Shown here: positions 29,501 through 40,734 of the stretch, piece after piece
Layout of the letters: each line of letters opens with the position of its first letter
Numbering within the stretch: the first letter of the stretch is position 1
Source: a virus
Virus record (IMG/VR): IMGVR_UViG_3300012943_000029
Location: 92,922 to 156,921 of that record
DNA: 64,000 nt
Reading direction: 5' to 3' (one strand)
The notes under the pieces: generated by a model
What the model was told of the DNA's origin: nothing
The model's input: only the letters and a program-made list of their open reading frames with translations
Databases searched by the model: none
Translations under genes and position numbers: made by a program

Positions 29501-29986
29501 TCTGCGTGTCGGTGAGCTTGATCATACAGCCGCCAGCTGCTCGCGCAGGCGCTGCGCCTGCTTCTCGGCGTTGGCCAGCTCGGTGGTGAGCTTGTTCCGC
29601 TTCACGACCTTGTCGAGGTCGCGCTGCTGGGCGATCTTGTCCTTGATGAACTGCTTGTAGTCGTCGTACTTTCCGTCGACGAACCACGGGTGGAACTTGA
29701 ACTGACAGAGCTCTTCGTCGCGATCTCCGCAGGTACCGTCCTCCCACATCATGATCGTGCCGTCACTGTCGATCACGAGGCGGTCCATGCGGCGGTAGCT
29801 GTCGAGCTCGTGCCCGAACCGTTCGAAGTCAGATGGCTTGCACTCGCTGATGGCCGTCCGAGCGATGGCGATTTGCTCCTTCGCCAGCGCTTCGACCTGG
29901 GTTTCAGGTGCGCTGCGCTCGAGGATGAGCGCGCTGATCTTGGCGCTGATCTCGTTGAACTTCCCGATGATTTCGATGTTGCTCAT
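26517..29986 (-). other. Array of about 10 small coupled hypothetical genes
   Basis: Abutting ORFs with overlapping start/stop codons (e.g. 26720-27169, 27159-27647, 27973-28245, 28242-28604, 28601-28861, 28858-29160, 29522-29986). Confidence 0.6.
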
Positions 29987-30012
29987 GTCGTTCTCCGTGG
30001 TGTCCGTTGCAG

Positions 30013-30990
30013 TTAGGCGGCCGTCAGCAGGTATTCTGCGCGGCGCTCCCAGTTGTCGCCGCGGCCGGCGACCTTCACGACCTGGATCAGCGTGCGGAGC
30101 GAGAGCTCCTTGGCCTGCGTCTGGAACTTCTCGAGGAAGTCCAGCGCCTGCCGCTTGACCTTCGCGCTGTATTCAGGCAGGAATTCTTCGGCCTTGATCA
30201 GCGTCTCCATGCGGTCGATCTTCTGCTGGGTGGTCATTGAGAGATCGATCGGCAGGGCGCGTGACTTCACGGCCTGGTCGATCTTGTAGAGCTGAAGGTT
30301 TGAGATAAAGATGACGCCGCCCTTGAACTCGAAGCTGCGTGGCAGCTCCTCGTCGCCGCCGAAGCTGCTCTCGGCGTTCCATGAGATGATGCGCTTGTCG
30401 TAGCTGTCGAGCGCACCCTTCAGGAGGTTGAGAGCGACTGGATCGCGGAGGACCGTATCGCAGTCGTCGAAGATGATGATGCGGTTGCGGTTCTCGTAGA
30501 GGGTGCGGTAGAGCCCCTTCGCGGTGGAGTAGCCCTTGACGACCGCGTAGAACTTCTTGTCGTCGATCTTCGTGCCGGCAGCGAGAGCTTCGAGGTCGAG
30601 CATCTCACGGCCTGCCTTGCGCATCGCCTTGTTGACGGTGAAGGTCTTGCCGAGGCCGCCCTCGCCGGTAACCAGCAGAGATGGGCAGGTGCCGTCAGCG
30701 ACCATCAGCACGAAGTCAGTGAGGAAGTCGAAGCGTTCGTTGATGCCGAACTTGTCGACGGCCTGAACAACAGGTGAGAGCGTGCTCGTTTCGACGCTGC
30801 CGCCAACTTCCTGGACATCTACGATGCCCATCATCTTGGCTCGCCGGCAGTGGCCTTCACGAATTCGGATGCAGACGTAGTCCTTCGAAGGTGACTGCGC
30901 CAGCACCTTGCCGGCGTACGTTGCCTGCCACTTGCCGACACCGTTGTTGAAGGAAAGATTTGCGACCTTGCTCATCGTGAAAATCCTCAT
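30013..30990 (-). CDS. AAA/P-loop ATPase
   Basis: GEGGLGKT Walker A, IIIFDDCD Walker B, LLKGALD, IFISN, A..SR. Confidence 0.85.
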   Translation of the reverse strand: MRIFTMSKVANLSFNNGVGKWQATYAGKVLAQSPSKDYVCIRIREGHCRRAKMMGIVDVQEVGGSVETSTLSPVVQAVDKFGINERFDFLTDFVLMVADGTCPSLLVTGEGGLGKTFTVNKAMRKAGREMLDLEALAAGTKIDDKKFYAVVKGYSTAKGLYRTLYENRNRIIIFDDCDTVLRDPVALNLLKGALDSYDKRIISWNAESSFGGDEELPRSFEFKGGVIFISNLQLYKIDQAVKSRALPIDLSMTTQQKIDRMETLIKAEEFLPEYSAKVKRQALDFLEKFQTQAKELSLRTLIQVVKVAGRGDNWERRAEYLLTAA

Positions 30991-31010
30991 CAGGTTTCAG
31001 AACGTAGGGC

Positions 31011-31071
31011 ATTGTAGTCCGCAACCGTCGGGAAGTACACAAAAACCTTCGGAAGGTTCCAGTTAACATAA
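31011..31071 (-). promoter_or_regulatory. Sigma70-like promoter with inverted TTAACATAA box and palindrome
   Basis: TGTACT-N17-TACAAT; palindrome AACCTTCGGAAGGTT at 31044-31058; TTAACATAA on + strand at 31063-31071. Confidence 0.6.
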
Positions 31072-31124
31072 TATCTGGGCCCCGGGACCGAATGGCTGGC
31101 AGCAGGTCGAAGCCTCTGGTACCG

Positions 31125-31130
31125 TAAATA
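31125..31130 (+). promoter_or_regulatory. Late promoter (TAAATA)
   Basis: Upstream of the plus-strand fibre gene. Confidence 0.55.
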
Positions 31131-31208
31131 GTTGTATGCTCTCCTCCTCGAGGGCCATCACATCAGATCAAATAGTACTGACCGACCCCACTTGAGGAGA
31201 CTTCCCAA

Positions 31209-33680
31209 ATGCTTTTCGACAACATCACAATGCTCGAAGGTTCTGAAATTTCGAACCTTACCGTGAGCGTAGGTGCCGATTTTCCAGATGACCCTTCTGT
31301 CGGTGAGCTCTTCTATATTGGCAGCTCAGGACAGGGCAACGACATCGGCCTGTATGTCTACAGCAATGGCGACTGGCAGCTCGTTGCAGATGCTGAAAAT
31401 GGTGGTGGCGGAAGTGGAGAGGTCACGCTCACCGGTGACATCACCGGCACGGGTACTGGATCAGTTGCAACAACGCTCGCGACGGTCAACTCATCTCCTC
31501 AGTCGAACACCTTCAGGAAGGTAACGGTCAACGGTAAGGGTCTCGTTATCGCAACCTCAGCCGTAAGCCCGAGCGATCTCACAACCGCGCTTGGCTATAC
31601 CCCACTCAACAAGGCTGGCGACACAATGTCGTCAGGCTACATCACCCTCAGCGGTGATCCAATTTCAGCGCTGCACGCAGTAACCAAGCAGTACGCTGAC
31701 AGCATCGCGGCCGGCCTGGATCCAAAAGGTTCTGTCCGCGCTGCAACGACAGCCAACATCACCCTCTCTGCGCCACAGACGATTGACAGCATCTCTGTTA
31801 TCGCTGGCGATCGCGTGCTCGTCAAGAACCAGACGACTGGCTCTGAGAACGGCATCTACGTTGTCGCGGCTGGTGCATGGCAGCGCGCTGCCGATTTTGA
31901 TGGCTCACCTTCAAATGAGGTGACCGGCGGTGCGTACACCTTCGTTGAAGAAGGTACGTCAAACGCCGACACCGGCTGGGTGCTCACGACGAACAACCCA
32001 ATTACGATCGGTAGTACCGCCCTCACCTTCACTCAGTTTACAGGCGTAAGTGGTGGCGGCACAGCCTTGACTAACGCGTACATCGCCTACGGTAGCGCAT
32101 CGAACCAGCTGACCGGTACGGCTGACTTCACCTGGACCACTGGTACCCAGACCCTCGCGCTCGGCACCTCTAGCGTCGGTGCGAAGATCGTGGCGGCGGC
32201 TGGTGCTACAAACGGTCTCACAATGACGATTACCGGGAGCGCAGGCACGGGAACAAACGTCAATGGTGGTGGCATCACGCTTACTGGTGGCGCAACTGGT
32301 ACCTCAAACGGTACTGGTGGTAGCATCATCCTTCAGGGCGGCCCACCTCTGACCGGTTCGACGTCATCTGTGGGTGGCAATACAACAATTATTGGTGGCT
32401 TCCTCAACACCTCACAGGGAACCACTGGATCTGTTTGGGTTGGTGGTGGACAAGCGCTTGTAAACTCTGTCGCTACCGCTGGATCGAGCGGCATGACGGT
32501 CATAACCGGTCCGAGTGCTGGCGCAGCCAACTCAAACATGACAATGAACACGTCGCCAGGTCTAACGGTGACGCCGCTCGGCACGAACAACACATCAGCT
32601 TTCATTGTAGATCGCGCACAGGTATTCATCGTGCCTGGAGCGTCAAGAAATGCTGCAATAACACCAGGCAACGTCATCATCTCGGGTGGTCCAATTGCAT
32701 CAACTGGATCTATCACTACTACAGCCGGTATCGCTACAATCATGGGCGGTTCATGGAGCGACAACAACGGTCAGTCGTTCCCTGGAAGCACAAGAATAAA
32801 TGGCGGTGCTGTCAACGTTGTTGGCGGTGTTGGTCAGGCGGACTCGAACCCTGTTACCGGTGGTAACGCTGTTATTCAGGGCGGTTCTGTCTACACACGC
32901 ACGTCTGGTGCAGGTACGGCGGGCAGCGTAGTAATAACTGGTGGCACCAAGAGCGCAAACAGCACCCTTGCTACAGGTATGACGGTGGTTGGCGGCAACG
33001 TCACAATCGCTGGCGGTAACGGCGCAGCTAACGCAGCTGCAATTGGTGGCGGTAACGTCATCATCAACGGTGGTGTAGCAACAACAAGCGTCTCAGGTAT
33101 CGCGAGCGGCGGCTACATCGCAATCTCGACGGCGCCTGACAGCGCATCACCTGGCACCGCCACCCTTGTTGAGCGTCTCCGCATCCTCAGCAACGGTGCA
33201 TGGTCAGTTGGTACTGGCGGTACCGCAACTGGTACATCCGGTCAGGTGCTCACTTCAAACGGCAACACCTCTGCGCCAACATGGCAGACACCAGCGGGTG
33301 GCGCGTCTGATGGATCGTTCACCGGCAACTTCGGTGGTTTGAACCCAACCGGAACTGCAACAGTTTACTACTCGGTTGTTGGTAAGACATGTACGCTGAG
33401 AATTCCATCAATCACTGGCACCAGTTCTGGCACAAACTTCTATATGGAAGCTACCAACGTTCCTGCGGTATGTAAGCCACTTCGCGCACAATACGTGCCA
33501 GCAACCGGCACTAGCGTCTTCAACAGCAGCGGTGGTGCAACGCAGCCGAACCTAATTGCAGCTGTCGATACCGGTGGAAGCATTGACTTCTACATTAATG
33601 GCAGTGGAAGTAACTGGTCTGGTTCAGCTGGCAACAGAGGCTTTGGCCAAGGGTTGACAATTACGTACGGCCTGAACTAA
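31209..33680 (+). CDS. Gly-rich tail fibre / receptor-binding-like protein (823 aa)
   Basis: Shares KQY.D..A.GL...RVLVK.Q...ENGIYV domain with the 816-aa fibre; many G.V.I.GG repeats; GAGGAG RBS. Confidence 0.8.
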   Translation: MLFDNITMLEGSEISNLTVSVGADFPDDPSVGELFYIGSSGQGNDIGLYVYSNGDWQLVADAENGGGGSGEVTLTGDITGTGTGSVATTLATVNSSPQSNTFRKVTVNGKGLVIATSAVSPSDLTTALGYTPLNKAGDTMSSGYITLSGDPISALHAVTKQYADSIAAGLDPKGSVRAATTANITLSAPQTIDSISVIAGDRVLVKNQTTGSENGIYVVAAGAWQRAADFDGSPSNEVTGGAYTFVEEGTSNADTGWVLTTNNPITIGSTALTFTQFTGVSGGGTALTNAYIAYGSASNQLTGTADFTWTTGTQTLALGTSSVGAKIVAAAGATNGLTMTITGSAGTGTNVNGGGITLTGGATGTSNGTGGSIILQGGPPLTGSTSSVGGNTTIIGGFLNTSQGTTGSVWVGGGQALVNSVATAGSSGMTVITGPSAGAANSNMTMNTSPGLTVTPLGTNNTSAFIVDRAQVFIVPGASRNAAITPGNVIISGGPIASTGSITTTAGIATIMGGSWSDNNGQSFPGSTRINGGAVNVVGGVGQADSNPVTGGNAVIQGGSVYTRTSGAGTAGSVVITGGTKSANSTLATGMTVVGGNVTIAGGNGAANAAAIGGGNVIINGGVATTSVSGIASGGYIAISTAPDSASPGTATLVERLRILSNGAWSVGTGGTATGTSGQVLTSNGNTSAPTWQTPAGGASDGSFTGNFGGLNPTGTATVYYSVVGKTCTLRIPSITGTSSGTNFYMEATNVPAVCKPLRAQYVPATGTSVFNSSGGATQPNLIAAVDTGGSIDFYINGSGSNWSGSAGNRGFGQGLTITYGLN

Positions 33681-34240
33681 GGACCGTAGAAAGCGACAGA
33701 CACAAACTTGAGCGGCCGCGTGGCCGCTTGATCTGCAGTTAACCCCTTCGCCGGGTACAGAGCGTGATACTTGTTGGTGTGCAGCAAGATCGCCTCTCCC
33801 TTCTTAGGGGTTCGCAGCTTCCCTCCCTCAGCCCACAGACGGTGGCCCAGTGGGTTGTCGACGATGAACATCACCTGCGATCCAGCAAGACCATTGCCAT
33901 CATTGTGTTCCATCGCCCAGTACCCGCTGAACGAGAACGCTTCCTTTGCTTGGATATCATCGTTCTCGCCGAAGATGCGCCAGAAGATGTCGATGATGTT
34001 CTGCTCTGTAGGGTTCATGTAGCTGCTGAAGTTGGCCCAGTCCTTGATCTCGCGAGCGAGGTAGGTGCTGAGGTCGACACCAAACTTCTTTGACTTGGTC
34101 TTATCGCCACGCTTCAGATGGAACGTTTCGAACCCATCATCACCAAGCTCAGGCTGCTCCCACATTTTACTGAACTGACGTAGGCGGTAGCTTGACAAGC
34201 GAGCCACAACATCAAGGTTCTTGGCGCGTAGAAGGTTCAT
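33677..34240 (-). CDS. Hypothetical protein, possibly cupin/2OG-oxygenase-like
   Basis: H-x-D (EHND) and distal H (KYHAL) with beta-rich pattern. Confidence 0.45.
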   Translation of the reverse strand: MNLLRAKNLDVVARLSSYRLRQFSKMWEQPELGDDGFETFHLKRGDKTKSKKFGVDLSTYLAREIKDWANFSSYMNPTEQNIIDIFWRIFGENDDIQAKEAFSFSGYWAMEHNDGNGLAGSQVMFIVDNPLGHRLWAEGGKLRTPKKGEAILLHTNKYHALYPAKGLTADQAATRPLKFVSVAFYGP

Positions 34241-34590
34241 CGCGTGATGTTGCTGCTCTCTAGCACATACGCATTACTGTCACTGCTCGATGTAGTTGTC
34301 GCTGGGCGAGGTGCAATGCTCGTCAGCTCTTCACCCGGCTTCTTGACGCAGTGCAGTGCCAACCCTGTCGAGCCACGGCTCACAACAGTGCAGTGCTCGC
34401 CGAGCGAGTTGTCGAACTCGGTGATCGTGTAGATGTAGTTCTCTTCGAGGTAAATACTGCGGCCATCGAGGCGCTCGTATTCGCGCTTCGTCTGACCAGT
34501 GGTTGACGCTGGGGCGCAGGCAGATACGACTATGGCTGTGCCGGCCATAAGCGCTGCAGAAAGTAGGCACGTGATTGCAATGCGGTTCAT
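34237..34590 (-). CDS. Putative lipoprotein
   Basis: Signal peptide ending VSAC; AGGAGA RBS. Confidence 0.6.
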   Translation of the reverse strand: MNRIAITCLLSAALMAGTAIVVSACAPASTTGQTKREYERLDGRSIYLEENYIYTITEFDNSLGEHCTVVSRGSTGLALHCVKKPGEELTSIAPRPATTTSSSDSNAYVLESSNITR

Positions 34591-36237
34591 GGTCTCTCCT
34601 TACGAATACGGCTGAGTGTCACGAGTAGCCTTCATGTCCTTCGTCAGGGCCTTGTGCTTCTCGATGAGCTCCTTGTCCACCGTGCCGCAGCCGTCTGACA
34701 CCTGACACCCGTCGACAATGAGCACGGTACCAGGACGCATGACTTGGTTGTACCAGATGTGATGAGCGATGTGCTCAGATGAAACGCCGTTGTCCTGAAT
34801 GGAGCCGTTCGGATAGATGCGACGTGAATGGTGGATCATTTCGACCACCAGTTGTGGTAGCCAGCCACAAAGATGAGGATCGCTAAGACGACGGCCCCAA
34901 TGTTGATGGCGAGAGCGTGGCGCAACAGTCCTTTGAATTGTTCGTGAAGATACGTTGGCGCATTGCCCTGCAGCGACACGATGTAGCAGCGCATGTTCCA
35001 TGCCATGAACGACAGGATCGCTGGTCCAAGACAGATGAGCGAGATGATTATGAAGCGAGTATCCATGTGCCCTCCTCAGGCAGACCAATCAAAAGTAACG
35101 GACTTGATGTGCATGCCTCGATCGGTCAGCGACTTCTTGCGCTCCTCAATGCGAGGGTCGTTTTCGTCGGTGACACCGAAGTTTTCAGTGCCGCCAGACT
35201 GGCTGGTCGGTGACCAGCGATAGACGATGGTGCAGCGCTTGTGGGCGTTCATGCTGGCGCCCTACCAAAGAACAGCCATTCAAGGCGACCGACTGGAATT
35301 GCTCCAGCAGGACCATCCTCGCGGTTCAGGTGCTCGTAGCCTGCCTCGCCGCGCATGATCTTCATGGCGGTTTCGATGGCGGCCGCAACTTCCATCACCT
35401 CATCTGTGATCAGCTGGAACGTTGCCTTCGTGGCGATGGTGCCATTGCGGCTGTCGCCACCAAACTCGGCCTTCGCCTTGCGCTGCTCAAGCTCGAACGC
35501 ATGGGCAGCAGAGAGGTTCTTGGCGCGCGTCAGGAAAATCGTGTTCATGTCGTCTCCAACTTGCCAGCGTGCTTGTCCTCGATGAGGTCAGACAGCGTCT
35601 TGCCCTGCGCGAGGTACTGCTTCACGAACTTCACAGGAACTCCGATGATCGCAGCCGCGTCCAGGTCTGCACGGTCCTCGTGCTCCTGCTTGGTCATACG
35701 GCGAGGTGGGCGCTGCTTCACGCGTTCGGCCCTACGTTGATGATGAGAACGCCAGGGGCCGGCTTGCCGCCGATCTGCACGATTGAGTGGCGCGAGTAGG
35801 CGAGCGCGTTGCCAACCTGCTTCTCGCGGGCGACTTGAGCGATGAGGGCCTGCGCGAGCTCAAGGGCTTCGTCGCTGGTGATTTCAAGGCGGACGTTGTT
35901 GTTGACCTGTTCGATGTTCACTTGCCGTTCTCCTCGTTGAAGGTGAAGGGCTTGAAGCCGAAGGTGTCGACGACGAAGAACTTGCCGTCGTGTTCGAGGA
36001 TGTCGCCCATCGAGGTAGAGCGGCAGCCGTCAGGAGGACCGAGGTAGGTGACGTCGATGCCACGCTTCCACGCGCTGTCGATGTTGTTCGTCAGGCGGTA
36101 GGCGTCCTCGAGATCGTCGGACTTGACCTCTGCAACCAGCACCACTTCGTCGAGAGCGAGCGGCCTCGGGAAGAAGGTGGGGTTCTTGACGTGGTAGACC
36201 TTGATCATCGTAGCGTCCTCATCAGGTTGGTGAGGAC

Positions 36238-36284
36238 ATTCTATCACGACCCCAGCCCAAGTACAACAGGTCAAGTTATGTTAA
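36238..36284 (-). promoter_or_regulatory. Sigma70-like promoter with TTAACATAA box
   Basis: TTAACATAA-N9-TTGTAC-N17-TAGAAT; about 30 nt near-identical to 6290-6318. Confidence 0.7.
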
Positions 36285-37439
36285 ATGGGCCGCCTGCTGG
36301 TTCATAGCGCGACGGAAGCGACGCTCCTGCTTCGTGTACAATTTGGCGTTCATCTCCCAATTGCTGTCGACGAGGTTCGTCCAGTCGCCATCCTTGAAGT
36401 GACAGCGGCCCTTGAGCTTTGGGAACATGTAGTGGAAGAAGCTTTTGCCGTCTGTCTCGCCGCTAGCCTTGTCATAATTGGTCAGATTTCCAGCTGGATC
36501 GGCCTTGACGAACAATGCCATCTGACCTTCAGGCGTTTCGAATGGGTGGACTGTAGCGCCGTGGATCTTTGCGCGATGAACGCCACGGCAGCGCACGGTT
36601 GCCGAACCACCATCTCGCAGGAAAACAGTTGCCTCGACTATCGCGAGGGCTTCTTCACGTTCGTCCATCACATGGCCTTCGCATCGATGCCGGGCTTTCC
36701 AGCCTTCAGCACGACGGTCTTGACAGCGGCGTAAACCTGGTCAATGAACACCCGCGCGTTGCCGAAGCGGCGAATGTAGGGTGTAACCTCGGCTGGCGTG
36801 CCGAACAGGCGCGCCTTGTTGAGGTCGGCCGTGTACTCGATCTTGTCGCGGGTGATAGCCTTGACGTAGCCAGTTCCTAGCACCTCGACGGTGTAGAAGG
36901 GCGGGTCGATTTCCTTCATGCGATCTCCTCAGTAGCCGTTGTCGTCTGCAAACTTTTCGATGTTCTCGATGGTGGGCTCGGGGATCGTAAGAACGGAACC
37001 GTCATCGTGGTTCTCGATGCCGCCGATTTCCTGCGCCAGGCGCAGGCTCGATGCGTACTTACCCTTGGAGATGGTGCAGCTCGACACTGGCTGCCCATCC
37101 TCCATCACAACCTCGACTTCCACGAGGAAGCCGCCAATGGTCTTCGAGGCAGAGCTCATGGCTTACTCCACGACTACCAGGCGCAGGTGTCGGACAGGCG
37201 GCTTGACGACCTGAGGCTTCTCTTCATCGGTCGGCGGCTTGACGGCGCGATCGTTGAACGCAAGCATCTTGCCGATCAGGACGCAGAACGGAAAGCTCAC
37301 AGCGAGATACACGAGACCGTACAGCAGCCACATGCGGGGGGTGAAGTACAGGACTGCGAGCAGGGCGAGAACGATCAGGGCGCGTTCGATGTTCCAGCGA
37401 AGGTTCTTCATGTCAGCTCCAGGTTGAAAGGTCAGGTCA

Positions 37440-37484
37440 ATCTTATCACACTGGTGGTCAGAGTACACTTCTACATTATGTTAA
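37440..37484 (-). promoter_or_regulatory. Sigma70-like promoter with TTAACATAA box
   Basis: TTAACATAA-N7-GTGTAC-N17-TAAGAT. Confidence 0.65.
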
Positions 37485-38943
37485 GTGGGTCACTCGTCAT
37501 CTTGGCTCTCCTGCATATCTTCGAGCAGCTGATTTCGTACCTCAGCGCGAAGGTCTCGCGCACGATCGAAGGCCTCGATTACCTTCTCGTATCGGTTCTG
37601 CTCATCAAGAGAGTGGAAGGAGGTGCAGCACGAACCACGTCCGCAGATGTCACAGCTCATTTGAATGGCTCCAAGTGCTCAGTGGCGATTGCGCGCACGT
37701 ACTTCATCAGGAACTTTATCGTATCCTCCGGCAGCTCGATATCATTGCGCTTGAGGAGCTCAAGAAAGTCCTTCTCGATACCTTCAACAATGACGTTGAT
37801 CTCGTCATCTGTCAGGCTGACGATGCGGATGATGTCCATCAGGCGACGAGCAGCACGTCGATGTGGCTGTCAGCCGCTGGCTTCGCCAGCGTTTCGATCT
37901 TGCACATGAGGCAGTACGGTGAGTAGCCCTCGTAGCGAGCGCTGTGAACGTACCATTCCCAGTTCTTCTGGATCTCTTTCATGTGCTTATCGTCCATCGT
38001 ACATCCTCATCACCGTTCTGGTGAAGTCTGTTGAGTGGAGAGCCTTTCGTTCGTCGCGCTCGGCGAACTCCTTCTTGATGATCGCCTCAGCAGCTTCAGC
38101 AGTATCATACTCATACGAGTGGTAGTAGCGTATGTTCCCGAACTCGCTGGATGTAGAACGCATCTCGGAAACAGGGTCCCAATAAGGAACAACCAGCCAG
38201 CGCTTTATGTCGGGCCTGAAGTAGTGCGTCTTGCCGCTCTTGATCTCAACAACGCGGGCCTTTGCACCGAACAAGCGCAGCTGTGCAAGCAGCCATACAA
38301 CAGCGACGATAAACATTGGATGAAACAGAACGTCAGACATCTGATTTCTTGTTCGGGCAGAACTTCGCGACGATGCGGTCACTGAGAGCGAGAAGCCCGT
38401 TCACTGGATGGGTGATGCCCGCTGCAACATACTTGAAGGCGTACTTGTAGAAAAAGTAGATGATCCAGACGACCCACACGCAGAACCAAAGACAGAGCGT
38501 CAGCGTCTTGTCCGTCTTTGTGAAGGTGTGCCTGTAGTAGCGTTCCTGATCGCCTGGGAATGAACCTTGACCGGCACAGCTGAGAGCGGTTACCGTGGCA
38601 AAGCCAATGAAGAGGTAACCAATGATACAGAGAAGTGCTATCAGCATGTCGTTACTCCCAGGCCCGGGCCTTGTGGGTCTTGCGCTTGCGCTTGACGCAG
38701 GTGCTCGAGAGCCCCTCAGCGATGAACATCGGTCCACGCATGATGAAGCAAATGAGGTGCACGCACAGCAGGAACGGCCACATGCCGATGAACATGCCGC
38801 GATCGACAGGTTCCCACGCTTCATTCATTCCTGGGAAAGCTGGTTGACCGAGGCATTCCCAGATGGCAGCGACGGCAATGCCGACGACAACGTAGGCGAG
38901 GATGCAGAGAAGAACGAGAGCAACTGTTGGCATCGTTGTCTCC

Positions 38944-39336
38944 TTACTGCGTGATCTTCGAGGACTGAAGAACGTACTCTTCTTCGGGTGCCGCAGTAGT
39001 AGCCGCGTACGAAGTTGAGTTACTGTCTGGGTACTTGTGCTTGCTGCCGACCACGCTCTCTGTAGAACTTGACACCGCGCCCACACACTTCGTGAAGTAG
39101 CGGTATCGACCATCATCGAGGAAGCGGTAGACGGTGCAGTCGTCGATGACGAAGAGCTTCTCGACGCGGAACTCACCGATTGGCGTCGTCGTGCCAGTCG
39201 GTGCCTTTGCGCAGGCGGAGATAAAGAGGATGGCGATAATCGCGATTGCAATCGCGATCTTACCAAGGATGCTGGTCAATGATGGGCGCTTGCCCTCACC
39301 GTGGCGATGTCCGCAACAACCGTCATGCTCGTGCAT
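38944..39336 (-). CDS. Putative lipoprotein, DUF4884-like
   Basis: Lipobox ISAC; VEKLF..D.CTVYRF.D.GRY.YF. Confidence 0.65.
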   Translation of the reverse strand: MHEHDGCCGHRHGEGKRPSLTSILGKIAIAIAIIAILFISACAKAPTGTTTPIGEFRVEKLFVIDDCTVYRFLDDGRYRYFTKCVGAVSSSTESVVGSKHKYPDSNSTSYAATTAAPEEEYVLQSSKITQ

Positions 39337-39392
39337 CTTGATCTCCTGATTGTGTGAAGATCATTATAACCTGTCAGCTATCTGCCGGTTCG

Positions 39393-39713
39393 TCAACCTG
39401 TGATTTCGAAGGTTGATGTGTGGCCGGCATGAGCAAGCCGCTCTTCTACCCAATCCACGCTTTCGCCAGGCATCACGAAGAAAACATTGTCGGGGGTGTA
39501 AGCATCGAGCCAGACGTCGCCGGCTTCAAAGAACACGACGAGGTACTTCGCGCCATTCTTGCGACCCAACTCGATGAGGTTGTCAGTGAGAACTGGAGCA
39601 TCGTCATCTGAAAGGAAGCGGCCAGCTATTAGCTCGTCGGCGGTTTGAAGATGTGGGCCGACCATTTTCTCACCTTCGATCGCGGCCCTTATGCCGTCAA
39701 GGCTTGGTGGCAT
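39393..39713 (-). CDS. Hypothetical protein, paralog of 42955-43272
   Basis: Shared I.GRF...D....D.L...G.KN.A...V motif. Confidence 0.6.
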   Translation of the reverse strand: MPPSLDGIRAAIEGEKMVGPHLQTADELIAGRFLSDDDAPVLTDNLIELGRKNGAKYLVVFFEAGDVWLDAYTPDNVFFVMPGESVDWVEERLAHAGHTSTFEITG

Positions 39714-40167
39714 ATGGATCGTGCGTGCGTTCGAGGAGGCCGCGAAGCTGCGTTGCTGCCCAGCCACCACCAGAAAAGTAGCCCTGTTGGCTCTTGCCGA
39801 ACTCGCTCTCACCGTACTTGAGGAACTGCTCGATGGCAGTTCGCTCATGGCCTGTCAAAACGTCTGGCTTGCCGCTCATATGCCGAGATCGAACGCCACG
39901 ACGGCAGCTCGATCTCCTCCGAAGTATTCTTTGGCGCGCTTTGCTATGTTCGTCGGGCGCTCATCCTTTGGGAACTTCAGCGCTGCAACATCGACCGGCA
40001 ATGGGTTGACGTATTCGACCCTCGAGCCGAATGACTTGCCCCTGTCGTAGTAGCATGGCTCCTGTAACGTCTCAACGAACTGATCAAGCTCCTTGCGGTC
40101 TTTCACCGCCACCATGATCTTGGTGAGAACACAGACCTCGTACAGCTTCGTTCGCTTCTTTGTCATG

Positions 40168-40734
40168 TTACACCTTCACAATCTTGTACTTGTAGGCACG
40201 CAGCTCGTCGGCTCGGCGCTGCTGGCTGTCAGCATCATACACATCACCGTCGCCATCATCCCACTTCGCAATGAGGGTGGTATGGGCGCCAATGATTTCG
40301 GCAAGCTTTGCCTCAGCCTCTGCCTTTGTCTTGTAGGTGCTGGCTGACACCGTGGTTTCGACTAGGTTTGTCCAGCTGGCACAGCCGTAGAGCGAGTTAG
40401 GCTCGTACTTCTTGACCTTGTTGGATTTCCAGTAGGCCTTCTTCTGCTTGCCGTTGTAACCCTTCGTTGTCAGCTGAATGGCAAAGCCTGACTTCTTGAC
40501 CTGCAGCTTTGGCTTGATGAGCTCAGGCCCGACAGACAGGCGAACAGGGAGGATGACAGCTCCCTCAACATCGAAGCCCTTGCCTTGCATTTCCTTGAGA
40601 TGCTTCTCAGCGCCCTCAGCTCTGGCGAAGTGAGCCCTCGTTTCGTGCAGCTCCTTGTCAAACCAGTTGCGCTCAAGGTAGAGACCGTCCTTCTCAACAA
40701 CGTAGAAGGCGATAGCAGAAAGTGTGCCGCTCAC
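40168..40734 (-). CDS. Hypothetical protein
   Basis: Coupled ORF. Confidence 0.6.
   Translation of the reverse strand: MSGTLSAIAFYVVEKDGLYLERNWFDKELHETRAHFARAEGAEKHLKEMQGKGFDVEGAVILPVRLSVGPELIKPKLQVKKSGFAIQLTTKGYNGKQKKAYWKSNKVKKYEPNSLYGCASWTNLVETTVSASTYKTKAEAEAKLAEIIGAHTTLIAKWDDGDGDVYDADSQQRRADELRAYKYKIVKV

Larger units (their letters stand above)
34600..38943 (-). other. Array of small hypothetical and membrane genes
   Basis: Abutting minus-strand ORFs with RBSs (e.g. 35249-35548, 35718-35921, 36276-36671, 36668-36919, 36929-37159). Confidence 0.55.

Noticed and set aside
8739-33680. Diversity-generating retroelement or invertase shufflon acting on fibres
   Set aside because: No reverse transcriptase or recombinase seen; the fibre similarities are diverged at the protein level rather than adenine-specific near-identical repeats
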